Source: Dehalococcoidia bacterium
GTDB taxonomy: Bacteria; Chloroflexota; Dehalococcoidia; Plut-88900
Direction of reading: 5' to 3'
Length of the DNA stretch: 64,000 bases
Assembly (NCBI GenBank): GCA_965249275.1
Contig: CBDFLQ010000006.1
Location: 224,001-288,000 of the forward strand
In this document: positions 58,865-64,000 of the stretch, in pieces
Position numbering within the stretch: position 1 is the first letter of the stretch
Layout: every line of letters starts with the position of its first letter
Translations under genes and position numbers: made by a program
The notes under the pieces: generated by a model
What the model saw: the letters and a program-made list of their open reading frames with translations, nothing else
The model's database searches: none
What the model was told of the DNA's origin: nothing

Positions 58865-60073
58865 CTACAGCACCACCCTCCCTTCCTTCATCTCCGAAAT
58901 CTCCTCCCACGTATACCCCGCCTCCAGCAGCACCTCTTCGGTAGACGCCCCGAACTCCGGGCTCGACGCCCTGGGCGTTAGAGGCGCTCCGTCTATCTGG
59001 AACGGTATAGCCGTTTCCCTCAGATGCCCGAGAACAGGGTGCTCTACCCCTATCACGTACTCATTTGCATTCACCTGCTCCCCCGAAATTACCTCCTCAG
59101 GCTCCGTTACCAGCCCCCAGGCAATGTGTTCGGCATCCAATCGCTCTCCCCACTCTTCCAGCGTCCTTTTCCTGAACTCTACGTCGAATATCTCCACCAT
59201 CGCCGCGCTGTTTTCCCTGCGCGGCTCGATCACTGAGAACCGGGCGTCCTCAGTCAAGTCTTCTCTTCCAATTGCCCGGCAGATGTTCGGCCAGAATCGG
59301 TCTCCCTGCAGAACAGTCATGTAAATCCAGCGATTGTCCGAAGTGTTGTAGATATTGACCAGCGGGTTCGGCGGACTCTTTCTCGAATACTTCGGAGGTG
59401 TCTTACCCGTTCTCAACGGCGCCCAAAGGTTCTCCGCCGCCACCCACGTGCCGGTGGCCAGCAGGGACCCATCCACCAATCCTCCTTCTCCCGTCCTTTC
59501 CTTCCTGAATAGCGCGGCCATCATCCCCGCAAATAGAAACGTTCCCGTCGACACATCTCCCAGCGACCCCCTCATCCTGACAGGTACCGCCTCAGGGTCC
59601 CCTATCGATGCCATAATTCCCGAGCGTGCCCAGAATCCTATGGAATCAAACCCCATCCTGTCCTTCTCTGGCCCCCTGGGCCCGAATCCCGTGCCCCGCA
59701 CGTACACGATGTTGGGATTAACTTCCTTAATGGAATCATAATTCACTTTGAGTTTGTCCAGCGTTGACAGCCGAAGATTGGTAATGAAAACGTCGGCCTG
59801 CTTACACAGCGTGTATAGAACTTCACGCCCCTTATCCTGGGACAGGTCCAGCGCAATGCCCCGCTTGCCGCGGTTCATAGTCTCGAACACGTAGTTGGGT
59901 TCTTCCTTGACGGTCGCATCGGTCGGCGTCCAGCCCCGAGCCGGGTCCCCTCCCGACTCCAAATGCTCGACCTTTATCACGTCCGCACCGCAATCCGCCA
60001 TGATCACGCCGCATGCGGGACCCGCCAACCAGATCGCAAGCTCCACGACCTTTACACCCTCTAAAGGCAACAT
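58865..60073 (-). CDS. CaiB/BaiF class III CoA-transferase
   Basis: PLEGVKVVEL...AGP, GADVIKVE, NRGKRGIALDL, GFGPRGP. Confidence 0.92.
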   Translation of the reverse strand: MLPLEGVKVVELAIWLAGPACGVIMADCGADVIKVEHLESGGDPARGWTPTDATVKEEPNYVFETMNRGKRGIALDLSQDKGREVLYTLCKQADVFITNLRLSTLDKLKVNYDSIKEVNPNIVYVRGTGFGPRGPEKDRMGFDSIGFWARSGIMASIGDPEAVPVRMRGSLGDVSTGTFLFAGMMAALFRKERTGEGGLVDGSLLATGTWVAAENLWAPLRTGKTPPKYSRKSPPNPLVNIYNTSDNRWIYMTVLQGDRFWPNICRAIGREDLTEDARFSVIEPRRENSAAMVEIFDVEFRKRTLEEWGERLDAEHIAWGLVTEPEEVISGEQVNANEYVIGVEHPVLGHLRETAIPFQIDGAPLTPRASSPEFGASTEEVLLEAGYTWEEISEMKEGRVVL

Positions 60074-60273
60074 AGGCCCAACTCCCTAAATCTCCGTCTA
60101 GCCTTCCGTCCCGAAAGCCCCACCCCTCCCCGCCTTAGCCGCAGATTATACCAGCAGCCCCCACTACTCCCTCCCTGCCCAAAACAAAGTCCTTTGCTCC
60201 CCACCCCGAATCCAACAGTCTCGTTCAGTCTCATTCCAAGGCTTTTTTTCACTGTCATCGCGAGGCCTTTTTG

Positions 60274-60303
60274 CTGTCATTCCGAGGCTCCGCGAGGAAT
60301 CTA
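60274..60303 (+). repeat. Family A REP-like repeat, copy 6 (partial copy just upstream)
   Basis: Exact consensus. Confidence 0.85.
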
Positions 60304-60444
60304 AGGCATTTGCTGAGTCAAAACCTCAATCTATGCACTACCTCATAGGTAGTGTGGCCATTCCCCACCACAAGCCAACCGCCAACTTGACAAAGCCCAC
60401 CCGCACCCGTAACCATTGCCCCACCCACACCGTCTAGCAAACCC

Positions 60445-60849
60445 ATGAACGTAGAATACGCCTTCCTCTGCGACTACGCAGAGTCTTCCAACAAGCTCAC
60501 TGCCGTAGGCATCGGCATCGACACCATCTACGCAAAGACCGTCCCCGTTGTCCACCAGCAGCTCTTCGCCGTCCTTGGCCTCAATTTCACCATCAACGAG
60601 ACCCGACGCACCAAAACCTTCGAGATGCGCGTGCAGGACGCCGACGCCAGCGACGTCATCCCTCCCATCACAGCCAACCGGGACATCCCCGCCCCTGCCA
60701 AAGGACTGACTTACCGCACCTATCGTACCGTTAACGGCCTCTACGGCCTTCGCTTCCAAAAGTTCGGCGACTATCAGGTCAGCTGGGTCATAGACGGCGT
60801 CGAGGTCTGCACCCGCCACTTCCGCGTCGCCGAGATGCCCCAACCCTAA
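60445..60849 (+). CDS. Small beta-rich hypothetical protein (DUF6941-like)
   Basis: AFLCDYA...KL...GI.IDTI...F...G.Y pattern; C-ending codons like other + genes; flanked by family A repeats. Confidence 0.7.
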   Translation: MNVEYAFLCDYAESSNKLTAVGIGIDTIYAKTVPVVHQQLFAVLGLNFTINETRRTKTFEMRVQDADASDVIPPITANRDIPAPAKGLTYRTYRTVNGLYGLRFQKFGDYQVSWVIDGVEVCTRHFRVAEMPQP

Positions 60850-60908
60850 CCTACCCCCTTGATCGTCCCTTGCGCGGAAACGAACCCACCCCGCCACCCC
60901 TTTTAGGA

Positions 60909-60937
60909 TGTCATCCCGAGGCTCCGCGAGGGATCTA
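60909..60937 (+). repeat. Family A REP-like repeat, copy 7, with compensatory stem change
   Basis: ATCCC...GGGAT instead of ATTCC...GGAAT. Confidence 0.8.
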
Positions 60938-60997
60938 GGACTTGCCACATCACGTTGTCTTCCCAACCCCTCCTCCCTCCCCCCCGCCCACCAGTCA

Positions 60998-61789
60998 CTA
61001 GGACAACGAAGGCCTAAGCGCCCCGATCCTGTCCACCATCCGAGGAAGAATGTCCCCGGAAGGACCCCGTAACACGACATCACACCGCGCCGATATCACC
61101 GTCTCGTAAGGATTGATCTCAATCAGCACTCCCCCAGCAGCCTTGATCATGCTAGGGAACCCGGCAGCCGGATAAACTTCAGCAGTAGTACCCACCAACA
61201 TCATGCAATCCGACTTCCTAGCCTCCTGCTCACACCTCACCATCACGTCAAACGGTATCGGCTCCCCGAACATGACGGTATCGGATTTGATGATTCCTCC
61301 ACAGTCGACGCACAGGGGCGGGTAGTCGGTTATTTCATAGTCGGCCGCCGACCACCGGGAAGTGCATCCTATACACCGCAGCTTGGTCGAATTGCCGTGA
61401 ATTTCAGCAACATTCTTGCTTCCAGCCTGCTGGTGCAGGTTGTCGACATTCTGGGTGATGATGCACCGCAGATACCCCATCTCCTCCATCTCGGCCATGG
61501 CTAGGTGTCCCGCATTAGGGCGTGCCTGCTCGAAGGTGCTTCGAAACTCCGCCATAGGCCCCTCATCGCTGTTCCGCTCCAACCAATACCCCTCCGGGTC
61601 CTGCAGCATCTTTCGATAGCCGTCCATCTCGGGCTCGCCATACTTCGTCCAGATACCCCCCGGCCCTCTGAACGGCGGGATGCCGCTCTCCACCGACATC
61701 CCCGCCCCGACCAACGCCGTCGCATACTCGCAACCGACTATCAACTCCGCAGCCCAGTCTATCTCCCTCTGCAAATCGACTTCGCTCAC
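60998..61789 (-). CDS. cobB: NAD-dependent protein deacylase, Sir2/CobB family
   Basis: GAGMSVESGIPPFRG, ITQNVDNLH, EIHG, CxxC...CxxC, VYPAA. Confidence 0.9.
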   Translation of the reverse strand: MSEVDLQREIDWAAELIVGCEYATALVGAGMSVESGIPPFRGPGGIWTKYGEPEMDGYRKMLQDPEGYWLERNSDEGPMAEFRSTFEQARPNAGHLAMAEMEEMGYLRCIITQNVDNLHQQAGSKNVAEIHGNSTKLRCIGCTSRWSAADYEITDYPPLCVDCGGIIKSDTVMFGEPIPFDVMVRCEQEARKSDCMMLVGTTAEVYPAAGFPSMIKAAGGVLIEINPYETVISARCDVVLRGPSGDILPRMVDRIGALRPSLS

Positions 61790-61837
61790 GGTTGCCCCTC
61801 CTTTTTCTGATCAGCCCACGCGTTGCATCTACTGGCT

Positions 61838-63007
61838 CTATGACAGAATGCCTTCCCGCACCCTTAACAGTCTGGCTTGCGACTTAACGCTTTCGTCTAT
61901 TCTGTCGAGGTCGGTAGTAGTCAGAATGGTTTGCTGACTTGCCAGCGCGGTCTTTAGCACCCGCCGACGCCTAGTCTCGTCCAATTCCGACAGGATATCA
62001 TCCAGCAAAAGGATGGGGTCTTCACCGGTCTTGTCAACGAGAATATTGACCTCAGCAAGCTTCAAAGTGGCAACGACAGTCCGCTGCTGCCCCCGAGACC
62101 CGTACAACCCCGTGTCCCGCCCCTCGATTGCAAACTGCACGTCGTCTCGGTGAGGGCCCACCATGGTCGCCCCTTGGCCTATCTCCCTATCAACATTTGC
62201 CGAAAGTCTGGCCTGCATCACGGCCCTGACCTCCTCGGCATCTTCAAGTCGATTGTCTGAAAGCTCCTTGGGATTCGGGAGATAGTTGAGCGAAAAAGTC
62301 TCACCGCCGTCGGTCAACTCGTCATAGATAACCGACCCCAAAGCGGCCATCTCATCAATGATGTGGCTGCGAGACAGGTGTATGAAGGCAGCCTCTTCCG
62401 TCAAAGGCTGGTCCCATACCCTTAGGTGGCTGATTTGACTTCTCCCTTCCCTTATCGACCGGAGAAGATGGTTCCTTTGCGTAAGTATGCGTGCATAGCG
62501 CTGAAGCGCCTTAAGGTATTGCCTGTCCATCTGGGAAATCGTAACGTCCAGGTAGCGCCGCCGCACCGACGGCGGGCCGGTCACAAGGTCCACATCCTGG
62601 GGGTCGAAAAGTACAGCGTTTAGAGTCCCGACCACATCCGACGCCCGACGCGGCACCCCGTTCACCCGGGTCTGCTTGCGAAGATTAAAACTGGACTCCC
62701 CATCCACGCCGGCCTCCCCCCTCTCAGCCACCAGCCCGATCTCCAATTTAGTCGGTTCGCCTCCACTGCTCAGCTGCCCTGTGACTCGTGCCGAGGGCAG
62801 CGGATCATCCAGCGCCTCCCAGTTGATCAGCTCCCGCTCATTTGAAGCCCTCGAAGACTTGGTGGTGGCCAGCATATACACCGCTTCGAGAATGTTTGAC
62901 TTTCCCTGGGCGTTATCGCCCCACAGGATGAATGTCCCCGGACCAAGGGGCAGATTCAGGGAAACGTAGTTTCTAAAGCCCGTGAGGGCCAAGCTTTCCA
63001 GGTACAA
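61838..63007 (-). CDS. recF: DNA replication and repair protein RecF
   Basis: FRNY, GDNAQGKSNILEA, RRRYLD, GPHRDD, GSRGQQR, LLLDDILSELD. Confidence 0.95.
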   Translation of the reverse strand: MYLESLALTGFRNYVSLNLPLGPGTFILWGDNAQGKSNILEAVYMLATTKSSRASNERELINWEALDDPLPSARVTGQLSSGGEPTKLEIGLVAERGEAGVDGESSFNLRKQTRVNGVPRRASDVVGTLNAVLFDPQDVDLVTGPPSVRRRYLDVTISQMDRQYLKALQRYARILTQRNHLLRSIREGRSQISHLRVWDQPLTEEAAFIHLSRSHIIDEMAALGSVIYDELTDGGETFSLNYLPNPKELSDNRLEDAEEVRAVMQARLSANVDREIGQGATMVGPHRDDVQFAIEGRDTGLYGSRGQQRTVVATLKLAEVNILVDKTGEDPILLLDDILSELDETRRRRVLKTALASQQTILTTTDLDRIDESVKSQARLLRVREGILS

Positions 63008-63210
63008 AGGCTTTCAACCGCGCAGGAGATTCGGGCCACTACACTCTATTAGTTGTAAGGCCAAAGCCGCAAGACACCTTCGGTCAGACAGAACGATATG
63101 CTCTCGTGCAATATCATCGGCGACATTGCCTCGTTCACGTCCCTTTCGTTCCAAACACCTCTTCCCCAGTCATCACACCTCCCTTAACTGCCATTCCGAG
63201 GCTTCACTAA

Positions 63211-63240
63211 CTGTCATTCCGAGGCTCCGCGAGGAATCTA
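63211..63240 (+). repeat. Family A REP-like repeat, copy 8 (partial copy just upstream)
   Basis: Exact consensus. Confidence 0.85.
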
Positions 63241-63594
63241 ACGCGCCCATCCCCCAAACCACCCAATTCTCCACCACTCTGGCCCTTCTCCCCTCTTCCC
63301 ACCCCCGATCCCGAATCCGGGGACGAGGCACCCCTCCCTTATCCCCTCATCCCCTGCCGCGCGAAAGGGGCTAGGACCGTAGGCTCACCGAGACGAGTGA
63401 CACCAACCCCTTGCCCCACCCCCCTCCCCCTATAATCTGTCTGTGACCATGCACTTTTCCCCACGTCCAGACCTGCTCCATTTGAGGATGCGCCGGGATT
63501 TCTTCCCAGAACAATCAAACAGGCACGAGCTTTCGATTGTAACAATCAAAAAACCCTCAAATCATGGCAACCCGCCAGCCAGACCTACCGGGGA

Positions 63595-63623
63595 TTGTCC
63601 ACCGTAACCGTCGCATGTAATAT
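63595..63623 (+). promoter_or_regulatory. Sigma70-type promoter of the FAH-family gene
   Basis: TTGTCC-N17-TAATAT. Confidence 0.55.
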
Positions 63624-63697
63624 GTCCTCGCTCCCACAGGGGCCGCACCACTCCCGGCCCCCGAGCGCCAATCAACGAAACCCCTGGAGACGTATAT

Positions 63698-64000
63698 ATG
63701 AAATTCGCGAGATATGAGGCTAATGGCAGATTAGCCTACGGCGTCGTGGAAGATGGCTCCGTCACCGAGATCGAAGGAAGCATCTACGGTGACATGAGCA
63801 AGACCTCAACCCGTCACAACTTGAATGACGTGAAGCTCCTAGTCCCTTGTGAGCCGACCCAGGTGCTCGCCGTAGGCCTCAACTACGCCAGCCACTTAGG
63901 GGAGCGCAAGAGGCCCGAGGTCCCCGGCATCTTCTTCAAGACTCTCACTTCCCTCCTGGACCCCGAGGGCACCATCGTCCTGCCCCATGACGCCGGCCTC
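63698..64000 (+). CDS. Fumarylacetoacetate-hydrolase-family protein, 5' part; runs off window end
   Basis: Manual translation MKFARYEANGRLAYGVVEDG...VKLLVPCEPTQVLAVGLNYASH...PGIFFK; GGAG RBS. Confidence 0.88.
   Translation, partial: MKFARYEANGRLAYGVVEDGSVTEIEGSIYGDMSKTSTRHNLNDVKLLVPCEPTQVLAVGLNYASHLGERKRPEVPGIFFKTLTSLLDPEGTIVLPHDAGL

Noticed and set aside
14377-61789. Sir2-HerA anti-phage system
   Set aside because: The sirtuin is a classical Zn-binding CobB type about 45 kb away, and HerA is in a NurA repair operon.
61838-63690. Replication origin near recF
   Set aside because: No dnaA/dnaN/gyrB, no DnaA-box cluster seen, and no change in strand skew.

Overview
GC-rich bacterial chromosomal window, most consistent with a Chloroflexota (Dehalococcoidia/SAR202-like) genome. 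This is inferred from gene content: three luciferase-like flavin monooxygenases, several CoA-transferases, amidohydrolases, MaoC dehydratases and a xanthine-dehydrogenase-family subunit. The + strand is C-rich throughout and most genes lie on the - strand. The first 22 kb is mostly housekeeping: mdh, icd-like, a transcarboxylase-like pair with a double-biotin-arm subunit, folP/folK, nurA-HAS-barrel-herA coupled to selB, hemW and ychF. The rest is a catabolic region with toxin-antitoxin modules, an intact IS481-family element, a sirtuin and recF. The most unusual signals are non-coding. (1) A ~525-nt intergenic block (50212-50735) folds by eye into a closed, nested structure with long-range helices and about 10 hairpins, and matches no RNA class I recognise. 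(2) A nested family of small palindromic elements: a ~130-bp TIR element sitting in the 5-nt loop of a host palindrome with loop duplication, a 21-nt hairpin element inserted precisely into other repeats, and a REP-like unit in frame inside a protein linker. Almost all copies share one orientation. All calls come from motif recognition by eye; no database searches were run.
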